From the NCBI RefSeq assembly GCF_009914755.1, contig NC_060935.1: a stretch of DNA of 64,000 nucleotides; one strand, written 5' to 3'. The notes under the pieces were generated by a model, which saw only the letters and a program-made list of their open reading frames with translations, made no database searches and was not told where the DNA came from. Shown piece by piece: positions 1-46,893 of the stretch. Position numbers and translations under genes: made by a program. Positions within the stretch are counted from its first letter, which is position 1. Every line of letters begins with the position of its first letter. This stretch comes from the human T2T-CHM13v2.0 reference genome, Homo sapiens.

Positions 1-387
<387 letters not shown>

Positions 388-1059
388 TCACCTTGTTACT
401 AGGCTTATTACTAGGACTATGTAGTATGCTTCCTCACTGTTCTATTTGAACATTCTAGGAGAATGAAAACACCATAGAGGAAGGTGGTTTTTTCTGTTCT
501 GTCCATTGATGCAATCCAAGCACCTAGAACACAGCCTGGCACAGAAGAAGCACTCAAACTGTGGTATTTCAATGAAAAGTGAGGAATATTTTTCATGTGG
601 AATTTTTTAAAGGAATGTTGTGCCCTACACCTTTTCAGTAAGGAGATTTTCTGTGAAGTACTACGCGAGGCCTGCTGTGTGCATGGCGAGATCAGCAGAG
701 GCAGAGACCAAGAGAGGCAGAAACCTGGCAGAGCTGCTGAGGATGGTGTAGAAAGAGACTCCCCCATGCTTAGTCATCCCATCATGCCCATTGTCATGTG
801 TAGCCTCCAGTTATACAAAGCTAGAGATGCTCAGCCTCATCCCCATTTGAGATAATTGCATTCTTTTGCCCTATTCATCATCACTGAATGGTGAGTCCCA
901 GCAATTCTGATATCAAGAGCACCAGGAAATAACCATTTGTTTGTATTTCACTTGGAAGGTAGGGTCTCACACCAGGTTTGGGGATTTACTGTTCAAGTCC
1001 AGATGACCAGTAAAGCAAGTTCCTGGAAGTAATAATATAGCAGTTAAGAGCACAGTCCC

Positions 1060-1360
<301 letters not shown>

Positions 1361-1694
1361 TCACAGAGCACAGTCCCTGAATTAAGATTACCTGGATTCA
1401 AATCTAGACTTCATTACTTTCTAGGGTGTGTGACAGGGTAAGTTACTTAACCTCTCTGTAATTTAGGTTATCAGCCAAAAGACAGAAACCTTCTGTTATT
1501 TTAGCAGAGAATACTTGCTAGAAAGAGTCATTACCTGTGTATTAAAGAACTGCAAAGGCATAAAGAAAACACTGAAATAATACAGACATAGAAACTGCAT
1601 GAATCAGCCACAGCCCAGTCACTACTAACTCCCTAAGCAATCCCTGGCCTTTAGTTTCCCCACCTGTAAAATGCTGAAGTTGGGGGGAAAAATC

Positions 1695-2017
1695 GTTTCA
1701 CTTTCATTCCGGTGGCGTGATACGAGATTCTAAGAAACAGGGAGAAAATTCCGTGAGTGGAGCCAATAACCAAGTCAAACATCAGGGGGGTCTATGAACA
1801 CTGCTCCAAGGAATCTCTCTCTGGATAACCAGACCTTGTGCCCTAGCCCCAGCCCGTCATCTCCACTGCTAGAGAAAAAAAATAGTTAGTCTGTCCAAGG
1901 CTGTTAGAGTCCTCCAACATGTAAGACGTATTTCCATTTTACTAGCTTCATGGTCTGCTTGGGGTGGAGATGGCGGGGAGATCGTATCCTTGAAGTAGGC
2001 ACTAGGACTGTGAGTCA
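1695..2017. promoter_or_regulatory. Candidate upstream enhancer motifs: IRF/ISRE-like and AP-1
   Basis: GTTTCACTTTC at 1695-1705, TGAGTCA at 2011-2017; motif match only. Confidence 0.3.
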
Positions 2018-2491
2018 CTTGCCTGTCTAGAGCACCAGGACTGTTTGCAAAGGGCTGAGGAGATTTCCATCAATGGAAAAGAGCATGAATTTAGAGTAAA
2101 CATAGATTACACTTAGAGATCAGAGATCAATCTAGAGATAAAATACACTTTTCTCTAAAGGGGATGGGAGAAGATGTTGGACAAGAAATACCAGATTTTC
2201 TTAATGGTTCATTTATGTCAGGCTCTATGGTGGGGACTTTTATGTTATTTGACTTAATCCTCACAACAATTCTGAAAAATCTTTTTTCAAATTTTATGAG
2301 AAAGTGAACTGGATATTTAACTGATTTTCTCACGAATTCCTTCTGAGGCTCAGAAGTGTGAAAGAAGCCCAAATGACCAAGGTTCTTTAACAATTTGGTC
2401 AAAACAGGTCATAGACCCAGAGGAAGGTCTGGATCCTGGAAGTTTTCTTAAGCAAAGACAGTGCTTGTTGTGGATATGAAGATGTTGACTA

Positions 2492-2833
<342 letters not shown>

Positions 2834-3330
2834 TCAGTGCCAAGAGATGTGAATTAGATTCCTGCCTCTTCCACAGACTAGACATGTGACTGGGGGCAGA
2901 TTCCTTCAGCAATATCACCTCATTTGGAGAAGAACTGGACTAAAATACCCTCCAAGTAGTTTATGAGTTATTTAAATCTCCCAGGCTTAGGTTTGCTCCT
3001 CTCTTAGGGGATAGCCTTGCCACCCTTCAGGAAATGGAGACTGTATATGGAGCATGTTGTGCCGCCAGCTGCTGCATGTCCCAGAGCCATCTTAAACCCT
3101 ACCCTTCTGAACAATGGCTAGTCTACAAGAAGCCTTAAAAGGGATGTGAAAGTGGCAACAGTGTCCCCTCAACAACAAATACTTCCCCAAATATGAGCTT
3201 GTGTGGAGCCTGATGACTCTGCCTCTGACGCCAATCCACTGGCATCTTTCCCAAGATGTGCCTGGACTTCCCTGAGCATGAGGCCAAAGATGGAGAATGG
3301 AAACACCCAAAAGAAGTAACAAGGAGACAC

Positions 3331-3800
3331 GGAATTTTCCACAGGTTGCTTTCAGCTTACCAAGAGCCTGGAAAGTGAGAGAATAGATTCTCCAAAATTC
3401 AAAACTAACATTACTATTATCAATATTTATTGTCTACTTTTTGTAAACTCTTTGCATCTTTTTTCTTTAATTCTCCCAACACCCACAGAGTGGAATTATT
3501 ATTATCCATCCACCATTTATTTAATAGACAAGAAAACTCAGGCTAAGCAAAACTAGATGACTTAAATAATTCTATGTAGGAGTAGGGAAAATGAATTTTA
3601 ACTGGGACCATACAAATCACTAGTCTGCACAAAGGTCTTTTTCTCATGTGTCACTTCTATCTTGTGTCATTTTGCCAGACCTCAGAATTTAGAAAGAGGA
3701 AGCAGAGGCACTTTTTATATATCAACTGTCTGTAACTACAGCAAAATTCACATCCTGTGTAATCATAAATACTGCTCTAAGAAAGGGACAGGAAGTCTCA
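3331..3800 (+). promoter_or_regulatory. MS4A7: MS4A7 proximal promoter with NF-kB and PU.1/ETS motifs
   Basis: GGAATTTTCC 3331-3340, AAAGAGGAAG 3693-3702, CAGGAAGT 3789-3796 just upstream of exon 1; fits the known myeloid expression of MS4A7. Confidence 0.5.
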
Positions 3801-3925
3801 GAGGCTGGAGAGCAGAGCACCAAGATCGTTCTGGCAGGAACAGCCAGTGGGAGGTTCCAGCTGAGCGCTCCCCAGAGGTGAGCTGATCCCCAGCCACAGC
3901 ACACAGGACCAGGCTGCGAGAACAG
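3780..3925 (+). other. MS4A7: MS4A7 non-coding exon 1 (5' UTR; start approximate), donors after 3877 and 3925
   Basis: CAG|GTAGAC at 3925/3926 and GAG|GTGAGC at 3877/3878; resembles the recalled MS4A7 mRNA leader. Confidence 0.65.
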
Positions 3926-4779
3926 GTAGACACCTTGGTTTAGATCATGACTTTTGGGGAAGATTGTGTGCTTTTGAAAAGACAGCCAGGGAATTGGATT
4001 ATCATCCTGTCTCTGATTCTGACCACCTGTGTGAGTTGGAGCGTCAGCTCAGTCCCCTTTTTGGGTCTCAGTTTACTCACTTGTCAAATAAGAAAATTGG
4101 GTAAAACCATTCTTAGGTTTCCCTCATTGAGGTGATTTTCCTCAATGTTCTGCATTCTCCTGGTGTGTCACTCAGTCTTACAGAGTCTACTCTCAACAAA
4201 TACTGTGCAATTAGACTGAATCTTGCATTAGAACCCCATGGTCCTACTCTAATTCTGTAATACAGAAAATTGCTGGGCAGAGCTGTTGACCTCCATGTCA
4301 TGATTTATCTTCAAAGCACGGATTTTAGAGCTGTCTTGAAAGCTGTGGGTCCCTCCAGTCTATCTCCTCAAGGCGAATGTGGAAGGACAAAGCATCCTCT
4401 CAGACTGTGGTGTTTGGAGATGATAGCATCAGTCTGGAGACTTTTGTGAAACATAAAGAATCTTGGTTATATAGGATTCCTTCTAAAAGTAGCAACGTGT
4501 ATCTAAATTCAAGTGTCATAGATTTAAATGTAATAATTCCACTTCCATACATCACTGTGAGATAATTAAATGCAGGAGGTATCACAAAAGTGCAAAGATG
4601 TTCATTATTGCATTGTTCATAGTGGCAAAAAGAAAAAATAGAAACCACCTAAATAGTCATGAACATGTGATTGATTAAATGAATCTAGAGACCTCCATTT
4701 ATTTAAATATACCATTTGGCTTTTTGGTTGTAGTAAAATATGCTTAAAATAATTGTAGCCTTTTAACCATGTGTTTTTT

Positions 4780-5100
<321 letters not shown>

Positions 5101-5415
5101 CTTAACCATTTTTAGGTGTACAGTTCAGTGGCATTAAGCATATTCACACCATTGTGCAACCATCACCACCACCCAACTCCAGAACTTTCTTGTCTTCCCA
5201 AACTGGAACTCCGTGCCCATTAAACAATAGCTTTCCATTCCCCTCTCCCGCCAGCCCCTGGCAACCACCATTCTACTTTCAGTGAATTTGACTCTTCTAG
5301 GTGCCTCACATAAGTAGAATCATACAATATTTGTCCTTTTGTGACTGGATTATTTCACTTGCCATATTGTCTTCAAGGTTCATCCATGTTGTGCCATGTA
5401 TCAGAATCTATCATT
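5101..5415 (-). mobile_element. Old L1M 3' end fragment, antisense
   Basis: ttgtgcaaccatcaccacc...ggcaaccaccattctactt...ttcatccatgttgt, typical of L1MB/ME 3' ends. Confidence 0.7.
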
Positions 5416-8408
5416 TGCTTTTAAATTTAGGCTTTTTATTATTTCTATTCATCGGTCAAAGATGTCTACAGAATAATGTTGAGTACAAAAAGAACAGTTA
5501 TAAAATGGCATGGATAGAATGACTATTTCCGTAGAATTGTGAATGTCTGTGAACATATATAAAGAGGAGAGAGATAAAGTGACAGATGGGAAGAGAGAAT
5601 GTAAAGAATATGTGCATAGGAAACAAGAGTGATCGGGTGGCAGTTGAAAGTTAAGGAGCTAATTTGTTTTCTTCTTCAAACTGTATTCCCTTGTAATGGT
5701 GGTACTTTATGCACTCTTTCAAACAGAACAAACAGTTAAGAAATAACAAAGGAAAATAAATGTTCATGGTATCAGATAGGCTATAGCCTGAAAGTATCAA
5801 TTAAACTTTCGAGTCCTAGCTTCAGGCTGAGAATCAAGCATTTTCTGCAGTCCTTAGGTATGAGATTCGAAAAATAAAGAAAGGAACCCAGAACTCAGGA
5901 GGCTGGTGACGAAGACTAGTAGGAAGGAGTCTAGTTGGTATATTTGGGCTATTGAGCCACACAGAGCAAGGTAAAAGCCAAGTTTCTACAACATGAAAGC
6001 AAGTTGGGAAAAAGAAATCTTCAACCTATATTCCCTAAGATCAGCAATGTCCCTGGGAGAGGATATGGAACTGATGAGTGGCAGCCAATGCTTCAACAAT
6101 AGGGGAGGAAGAATAGAGAGGATGAGAATCAGTTGTAGCTAGCCGGGCAAGAACAAACCTACAGGGATATAGAAGAGCTCTGGTGTTAGATGGCCTGTGC
6201 CCAAATCTTGCCTCCACTACCTGCTAGATAAGCAATCTTGCACAAGCTATTTCACCTCTCCAAGCCTCATTTTTCTTATCTTCAAAGTTCAGCACCCATC
6301 TCTGAGACTGCAGATTAAATGAGACTGTCACAAAGCTCTTAATAGAATGCCACATTCATAGTACGTGCCCAATCAATGTTAGCAATGATTATCATTTTAT
6401 CATGAACTACTGTTTGATTCTGGAACCTAGAATTTCTCTAAGCCTGACACTTTTTCTCCTTCTCTGGCTTTAAAGATGTGCTGGAAGGCTCACCCTGACT
6501 CCACTGCAGGGATTCAGCTTCAACATTATTCCCCTCATAGGACATGTAACCTCACCCACACTTCTACCCAGATTTCAAAATTCCAAGAAATGAAAACTAT
6601 CTCCTTAAACAAAGAGAACTTTAGGTTTAATAATTCTTCAGATAAAGTATCTCATGCCCGGAGAGCATGAGAAACTAGACTAAGGCACAGATCTAGGAGT
6701 AGAAATAAAATGGAGGTCCAAACATGGATCGACTATTATGGAACACCTGATAAAACTCAGAGAGTTACAACAAAAGACACTCACGTGTGTCATTCAAATC
6801 CTCACAAGAGTCCTTCAGGATAGTGTCATTATCCTTATTTTACAGATAAGGAAACTGGGGATGAATGAGGGAAAGTATCCTGCCTACGGCCAGCTCATCA
6901 ATATCAGAACTGGGCTTCCAATGAATATTAGATAAAACTGATATGTTTTGGGAGTTTATCACATGCCTCCCCCTATGCTGAGTCCATTATATGTGTCATC
7001 TTATCCAACCTGTACCACAAACCTATGAAGTGGTGAAAATACCTTGCCCAGGGTGAGTTTAGCAGTAACTGGTGGATATGGGATCTGAACACACGACTGG
7101 ACTCCAAGACATATGGTCAGATGTGCAACTAGATGCCTAGGCATTGGACTCCCATCCCAGTGCACTTTTCCATCTCCCTCACTAGGAAGAGATTCTAGGT
7201 GTCATTTCCAATTTTTACATGTTCTTCACTCCACCCAAGAGAGGCCAGAACCATTCCTAAAGCACCAACACATTGAGGCAAAATGTCAGGCAGCAGAGGT
7301 GTGGCACCTTTCAAGGATGACAAGCCTTTAACTAAACTCTGGCCTTCAGTAGGGAGAATGTTGAGCTGAAAACAAATCTGGGCAACATTTCAGGTGCTGA
7401 GCCTTGTTGCTGACACCACAGAGGCCCAGCAATGCTGCTGAGTTAGTGGTGGCAGACAACTTGCTCCTGGAATCTACAAGGGAACTGGAAATGTTAGGAA
7501 GGAAGAAAGGAAGGAAGAGGAAGAGGAGGAGAATTAACATGGCATAGAGAAAAAAATATCACAAGCGTCTGAGCCAGACAAGTCTCAATCCAGTCATGTA
7601 AACACAGGCTGTTAATATTTGCTACCATATATTGAACACATTCTAAGTGCCAGGCTAAGTACTTTATGTGACTATTTCATTCAATAAAAGTCACTTGAGC
7701 TTATTAGCCCCAGGTTTCTAATGTATAAAATTGATTTAATAACATGTAAGTTACAGGGTTGTTATAAGGATTAGAGCTGCAATGGTCTAATGCTTGGAAT
7801 TCAGCAGGAGTTAAGTAAATGTTTACATTACTAATTACGAAGCCAATATAAGCAAGGAGGAAGATTCCGGATGGGACAGGCCATCTCGCTATAGGAAAGG
7901 AAAGTGGAACAGCATTCATCCTCAACATTTTTACGAAGACAAAATGAAGACTGGAGTAGAAGACTGATCAGTGCAGGTGTAGCATAAAAGTGTAATCCTG
8001 GAAGATGTGGTGTGAGAAGGTAGCACAAGTGAAGCAGAGATACAGGAGATAGGGAAGGGAAGCTGGAAGCAGAGGTCACTGGAGGGAGAGGGAGATGGAC
8101 ACATTCAGGGCTACAAAGCAAGTTCTATGTGATTTGCTCACCTCTCAATTGTGGGACCCCTCAAAATGTGTACAGTACTCTCCCAGTGACATGCTTCTTG
8201 ACCACAATGGATGAACTGTGCCCAGCATGCCCACTTTCCAATGCTCCACTGATCCCCATGTTTTGTTTCTGAAGGACAACCAGCCTTGGAATAATGGCAA
8301 ATACCTTCTTAAGTTCCTACAAAGTATGGTCCCTGGGAAGTTTATGTCTGTAAGTCAAACCTTGGGAAGTAACTGAGTTTTGATGCCTCTTCCAGCATCA
8401 TCAGCATC

Positions 8409-19125
<10,717 letters not shown>

Positions 19126-19783
19126 GTAACTCTTGGCCTCAGAGGAAGGAAAAGCAACTCAACACTCATGGTCAAGTGTGATTAGACTTTCCTGAAATCT
19201 CTGCCATTTTAGATACTGTGAAACAAACTAAAAAAAAAAAAGCTTTTGTTTTGTATTTGTTTACTATGAGTCGTTATTTAATTTCTCTTGAAAATAATTT
19301 CCTCAAAGCCCAAGTCAGTAAAATGTTATCAGCCAGTCTTCCAAAATGGTCATAAACTTTATAAACTGCTTTGGGTAAACTGAGCAGAAGGTGATACACA
19401 GAAGGGAAAATGTGCACTCATGCTAGTGTGAATTTGGTAAGTCGCGTGACTCTGCAGGCTGTTTCTGTATTATTTTCACACTCATATTGCTTAAATATTA
19501 CATATTAGGGATTGTAAGAAAACTTTAATTAAAAATTAAAGACTATATATAATTAAACTACTCTGCCCTGGACACTCTCTGAGAAACAGATCTACTGGGC
19601 CCTTTTTCATGAGCCATTAGGTGGAAGACAGCAAAGAGATCTTCTCAAGTGCTTAGGATTACCTCTCAACACACAGCAAGCATGTCCCTGCCTCCCATGA
19701 ATCTTACCATGTAAATCCAAATCTCTGCAATCCTGTGGCACCAACCAGTGGTGCTCATTCTATTGTTTAAAAATGGCCTTCTT

Positions 19784-20100
<317 letters not shown>

Positions 20101-21009
20101 AGACTATATATAGTCTTTGAATTCATTTATTTTAAATAAATGAATAAAATAAAATAAAAAAGAATATTCAGTCGTTGGCACATAAACTATGTTCTCTTCT
20201 GTCATTTCAGGGTAGGAGTCAATGAAGACATCTTAGTCTTAACAAGTTACAGATAATCTCTGACTGGCATGTTTTCTGCTTCTAGCTTGGAGCTAAATGC
20301 TGCTCATGCTGAAAAGAATAATGTCTATTTCTTTGTTTGGGTATTAGCTCTATTTTGATCTATAGCACAGTTTTGTAATTCAGATCATCACCCCTGCACT
20401 TTGTACCACATGGGCGTATTCTTTCTTCCCAGTCATTGCTGCAATTATCTTGTCTGTTCTTTGTGTAATATGTTCTGTGTGAGCCTCTGCATTAAACTCG
20501 ATTTCTTGGGCAATTATGGAAATTCCAGTGTGGCTGCAGTTTAACTTTGCACTCTCTATGCATATGAGGTTTCCTAAATAAATGAGGAGTAGCATAGTTT
20601 AAAATATATATATCTTATAACTTTCTACAACAAAGAATTATTGAGTCCAAATGTCATCAGTGCTCATTTTGAGATACCCTGCTATCGATGGTCGCTACAA
20701 ACCAGGAAATACTCAAGTTATTATGTGTATACATTGGTTTTAGTTTTATGAAACAATTTACCTTCATGATCTCATAGTTAAAATTGTAATAAATTTAGGA
20801 ATATAAAGGATCAATATGGGAAGCAAAATTTCTAAAGGCAGTTTCTGTTGTTTTAATTAGTATTTGTGTAGTTCAAACCAGGAAGGATTTGACTATCATT
20901 AGATTTTGCTTAACTTTATGAAAGCTAAAATATTCTCTGTTATAAAGGGGCAACTCCATCTGGTCCTATAGCATCTTTACTACTGATTTTTTTTTGTTTA
21001 ATTTGAAAA

Positions 21010-21210
21010 TGCAAAGAATTGTTAAATGTTCTTAAATGTTCTCACTACAAAAAAAGAAAAAAGATAACTACGTGAGGTGATGGATATGTTAATTAGCTGG
21101 ATTGTGGTAATCATTTTGGAATGTATATGTATATCAAAACATGTAGTACACCCTAAATATATATAATTTTTATTTGTCAAATATACCTCAATAAAGATGG
21201 AAAAAAATCG
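21010..21210 (+). mobile_element. L1MA-type 3' end; its AATAAA (~21190-21195) is a candidate distal MS4A7 polyA signal
   Basis: gtgaggtgatggatatgttaattagctggattgtggtaatcattt...ctcaataaag. Confidence 0.6.
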
Positions 21211-21843
21211 AAATTCAAAGTTATCTACTGATTTTTATAATACAGAGAAATATGGTTAAACAGTAAGTTAGAAAATTCATCAAGTAAAAGAAACTCCTTT
21301 CAAAGGAGGGCAGAAGCGTGGCTGAGTTTAAAAAACATAGATTTTGGAGACAGGTCAAGTTGAGTTTGCCCCTTCCCTGTCCTGTATGTCTTTGGGTGAC
21401 ATAACCTTGCTGTTCCTCAGTTTCAGCATTGTAGAACTGTTAAAAGAATAAATGTTAGTGCATGTCAACACCTTCTACACAGTTCCCAGAACATAAGGAA
21501 TATTCCATAAGTTTTAGTTCCTTTATAACTCATGAACATATGTGTAAGGACTTGTTTCGTATATACCATCTATTCTTTGTTTACCATATGTTTGTAAGCA
21601 AATTGACAAGAGAGTAAGTCTTCTGGATACAGTACTTTTCACCAGGAAGATGGGGGGCTGAGCATGCTCTAGAATTCTAAAACTCTGTGACTCAACTATG
21701 ATTCTGAGATTCTACTACTGAGTAGAGTCATCACTAAGGGCTCATCTCTAAGGGCTCCATGTGACTCTGGTGGAGAGGTAGATCATGATTTGGGCGGCAA
21801 TGTTTGCTCACTCTTTCCCTTACTAGAGTTCTGCCATAGAATC

Positions 21844-42240
<20,397 letters not shown>

Positions 42241-42898
42241 CTCAGGGCTGGAGAAACAAAGATTATAAAGCACGAGAATGGCAATTTGAAATGAAGCACT
42301 GGCAAACACAGGATCTATTAGAGAAAGAAGCCCTAAAGCAGAAAGCTCTATACCAAGAAGTCCAAACCCAGCACGCAACAGCCCAACATAACCTAGAATG
42401 TCAAGACACTCAAGATAAAGACCAACAAGACCTTCAATCCAGAGTTACACAAAAAGGAGATATGTACACTAGAGACATCAAACCAGGGGACATGAAATGT
42501 ATAGGGCAAACCTCAGGGGACCTGCAATCAGAAGACGTGAAGGCAGATTTTCATTCTTCTTCTGGCCAAAGCTCAGTACAAGACACATGTTTAGCCTATT
42601 TGTCCAATCTAGATTCAGAACAAGATGTGCAACCAGACACTTCAGCTTCCTCAAATTCATATAAAGAAGATGTGAATTTAACTTCTACTTCATGTGATCC
42701 AAAAGATCAACAGCAATCTGAAGACTCTGACTAACATGCAGAATCTACCCAATACCACACTGCCCCCATTAATGGAATTAAATTGGGAAAAACAATATTG
42801 CCTCCTCCAATCTGTGTTCTCAACTGTGGTTGCCACCTCATTAACTTACAAAAAAATGAAGGGCATGCTGAGCACTCAAACAATTTGTTCTTACTTAA

Positions 42899-42904
42899 AA
42901 TAAA
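42899..42904 (+). terminator. MS4A14: Candidate MS4A14 polyadenylation signal
   Basis: AATAAA about 165 nt after the stop of the relic frame, followed by GT/T-rich sequence. Confidence 0.65.
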
Positions 42905-44206
42905 ATGACAACAAACCAAATGTTAACACTGTATCATCACTTTATGTATGTGAAGAAATAATTCACATGTATATTCCTTGTCATCAAAGTTAGTGTTTCA
43001 GTTTATAATCACGATTTCATTTTATAACTTAATGTTTAATGGCCCTACTTTGGTATGATGCTAGTATTTTTCATCTCCCCCTTTTGGCATTATAGGAGTT
43101 CAGAAAATCAACCACAGGGAAGTCTATGAAGGCTCTCTAAGGGTTCAAGAACCAAAAGAGTCAGCAAGGAACAAAAATTTCTCCCATTTCCCTGTCTTGC
43201 TGTTTCCAATCCTCTTATTTACTCTCCCTCCTCATATTTATGTTGAGGATATATGGACTGAGTTTGCTCAATTATTAATGAGGTAGAATGTGGCAATGAA
43301 TACAGAATGTGATGATGGAGTGGGAGGGATTAAGAGATATCTAGAGACAGGAAAGTAGAAATTAGGGAAGAACAGAGATGCAGATGTCATAATAGAAAAT
43401 ATGACATACTGTATTGTATTCAGTGAAGCTTCAGCTCCCTTCTTTATGCCTGCATTTACTGATTATAATTTCTCAACCCTTATGATACATAATTTCATCC
43501 TCTGTCATCAAAGGAAATTGTGTTATCAAAAGCCATCAGTTACCTCAATCTTCCAAGCCTAATCGTGTTTTTTTTTCAATCCTCTTTCCCTTTATCTCTG
43601 ATACATTTGGAAAGGTTAACAATCCCTTTTCTTTCAATTTTTATCACCCCCATTAACTTCTGTGTTTTGCACTTCCTGTTTCAAAAATTCTATAATAGGT
43701 ATTTCTAGGGATCTCTCCCCAACTTTATTCATTTTTTGTAATGACAATTCACTATTACAGTTCTCTCACCTTCTTGTGAATAATCCAGACTGTGTCATAT
43801 TTGTGTCTTCTACAGAATTTCAGCACAAAGGCTTGATTCAAGAATACATTCAATAAAACATTTTTAAGGGCATAAATGGGAGCTTGGAGTCTCTACTTAG
43901 AGGTGAACAGAGAAGTTATATGTAGTAGTATAATAAGATACAGAGCTCCTTATGACTGGCTACATGTTCCTTGCTGCCTGTGCCTTTGTAGTAAAATATT
44001 AGCTTCCTGAGCTTCACATGATTGCTTGACCTTGATAGAGTCCTTACCTGAGTTAGCCTTTAGTTCCTGAATGACCACCACCTGGTATTTAACTTACTCT
44101 GAATAATACTAATAATTTCTACCTTTTCCTTTAGCTAGATTAGCACGTTTCTACAGTGCTTATGTAGAGTTTAACTTTCAGTCTACAAACTTGGGTGTTT
44201 AGGAAG

Positions 44207-44247
<41 letters not shown>

Positions 44248-44249
44248 TG

Positions 44250-44289
<40 letters not shown>
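44207..44289. repeat. Compound microsatellite (TA)n(GA)n(TA)n(CA)n
   Basis: Directly visible. Confidence 0.95.
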
Positions 44290-45535
44290 ATTTTGTATCA
44301 AATTCTTTGAGAATCCAGCCCACACAGTTACTCTTGCCAGTTCATCCCTATATCTACCCAACATACACAAATACATTTCTGCAGAAATGTACAAAGATCC
44401 TGGAATCTTAAATAGTGCCAAGTCACTGGAGAGGCAATTTCCATCATCAGCGACTAGTCCACACCAGTTACCACTGAGAAACTTATAGGCCAAGTTCAAA
44501 TATACCGTATGTGTCCTGTGAACTTGTTGCTTCTATGCTACATTTGGAACATGGAAATTTTTCCAAAATTGCAAGAATACAACGCCTATAGGTTAGACTT
44601 ACAATATGAGAATGGAAGAATGTAAAAAACCACTTCTTCTGAGGCCTTTCCATCCCACTGAGGGAGATGCTAAGGGGCAAGTCAGAAGCTCCCAAGGCCC
44701 CCAGAACCCATAGTAACCTTTCTAGTCTACAGAAGACTCTCTTTTCTCTCTGTTTCTTGAAGGCATTTTCCCTTGACCTCCCCTTTCTGAGACACCTAAT
44801 ACTGTCCTATCAATGAGTTTGGGTCTGAAGTTGACAAAATCAAATGTGTTTAAGACCCATAAGGAAAAATAATGTTTGAAGTATCTGTTTAAAAGACAAA
44901 ATGCAAAAGGCTGTGGGAAACTAGAAAATTTATGATTTGCTTAAAGGCAACCTAATTTTTTTATTAAAAACTGTCTTATTACAAATATAATATGTGTTTC
45001 CTAGAATATGTCAGGCTTCTTTGTAGTAAAATTGGGAAAAGTTGATTTGAGATACTGCTACCTTACACACTCAGTTCCCAAGAACTGTGGAAAAAAAAAT
45101 AAGCTGGCTGCTTACAATTGCATTTTCATTTACTAGAATCAACAACCTACAGCTAAATTATACTTCCCAGCCACCTTGCATCTAGGTAGGTGAGATGGTA
45201 ACTATTGCCAATGGAATGTAAAGTTTGACTCCTAAAATCACCAACATTATATCTACAATATTTTTTTCCCTCATGCACTGGCTAGATGCAGAGAATCTAG
45301 GATCCACAAGACCCTGAGTCTCTAGAGAATGGAGCCTGGTCCATAAATCATGGTGTGGATTACTTCCAGTTTGAATATTCAACTGGATTGTGATCTAAAA
45401 GAAAAACCCATATTAGGGCAAGGAATGCATGGAGCTGTTTGGCTAGAAGGTAGTCTAAGCTGAGTAATAGAGTCTTTAAGGCACAAAAAAGTCAAATCTT
45501 GCTCAAAATGGCAGGACTCCTACTCGTATCTCCTT

Positions 45536-46000
45536 GTGTTAGTTACCTATTGCTGCATAACAAATTACCACAAAGGTAGCTGCTTAAAACAACAAGCTTA
45601 TTATCTCTCAGTTCAGAAGCCCAGGAAAGCTTGGTTAAATTATTTGTACAGAATATCACATGGCTAAAATCAGAGGACTGGCCAGGGCAGTGGTTCTGGG
45701 GTTGAGCTCCTCTTCAAAGTTCATCCATTGTTGGAAGAATCCAGTCCTCACGGCTGCAGGACTGAGGTTCCCATTTCCTTGCTGGCTGTCAACTGGGAAC
45801 TGCTCCTGCATCCCTTCTCATGTGATCCCTTCCATCTTCAACCAGGTAACAGTGTGTCAAGTCTTCTCAAACCCAAATCTGACTCCCTCTCCTGCATCTG
45901 GTTTTAAGGAGTCCTTTTATTACACTAGACTTACTGGAATAATCCAAGATAACCTATTTTAGGATAAATTGATTAATAACCTTAAATTTCTGTGCAAAGT
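45536..46000. mobile_element. MLT1-family (MaLR) solo LTR
   Basis: tgtgttagttacctattgctgcataacaaattacc...gcttaaaacaaca. Confidence 0.7.
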
Positions 46001-46539
46001 TCCTTTTCTCATTGAAGATAACCACAATTAGGAAAGATTATGGGCTCCCATAAATAGTCACATGGAAAAATACACACAATTTTAAAAATTAATGTTTTCC
46101 TAATTTCTTAGAAACATGTTTGACTTTTAAAGCAGGAACTAACTGAATTGGTGTTTTAAAGAGATTACTGTGGCTGCAGTGTGGAGGATGAACTGGAGAA
46201 AGAAAGATGGCGGCAGGGAGTCAATTAGGAAACTCTTAAAATAGTGAAGAAAGAGGTGCTAAGTGATGTAGGGATGTATAGAAGAGTAGAGACTAAAATG
46301 ATAATTCAAGAGTAAAATTGTCAGGATGGGACAGAAACTAGAGGTGTAGAATTGAAGAAAATGAAGAATAAACCATCTGCTCTAGCTTAAAAGATTAGCT
46401 GGCTGAGACATCATTACCATCAACAAAACAGACGAAGAGGCACAGGTTGCAGCAAGAGTAAGGGGCATAGTCAGTTCTTTCTAGTGTAGTGTATTAGGCA
46501 GGGTTCTCCAGAGAAACAGAACCAAGAGGATTAGACAGA

Positions 46540-46604
46540 TAGACAGAGAGCTATAGATAGATATATAGATGATAGATATATAGAAGATAGATAGATAGAT
46601 AGAT

Positions 46605-46660
<56 letters not shown>
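46540..46660. repeat. (GATA)n tetranucleotide STR
   Basis: Directly visible. Confidence 0.95.
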
Positions 46661-46661
<1 letters not shown>

Positions 46662-46893
46662 GGAATTGGCTCACATGATTATAAGGCTGAGAAGTCCCAA
46701 GATCTGAAAGCTGGAGACCCAGGAGAGCTGATGGTATAGTTCCAGCCTGAGTACGAAGGCCTCAGAACCAAGAGTTTAAATTCCAGTTCAAGTCTTAGTC
46801 TGAAGGTAGGAAAAGACCAGTGTCCCAGCTCAAAGACAGGCAGAGAAAGCAAATTCTCTCTTGCTCAGGCTTTGGTTTTATTTAAGCCCTCAT

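Noticed and set aside
417-855. Overlapping 116-aa and 86-aa ORFs
   Set aside because: No recognisable homology or exon structure; chance ORFs.
44140-44499. ORFs on both strands with YIYIY/ERER runs
   Set aside because: Artefacts of the compound microsatellite.
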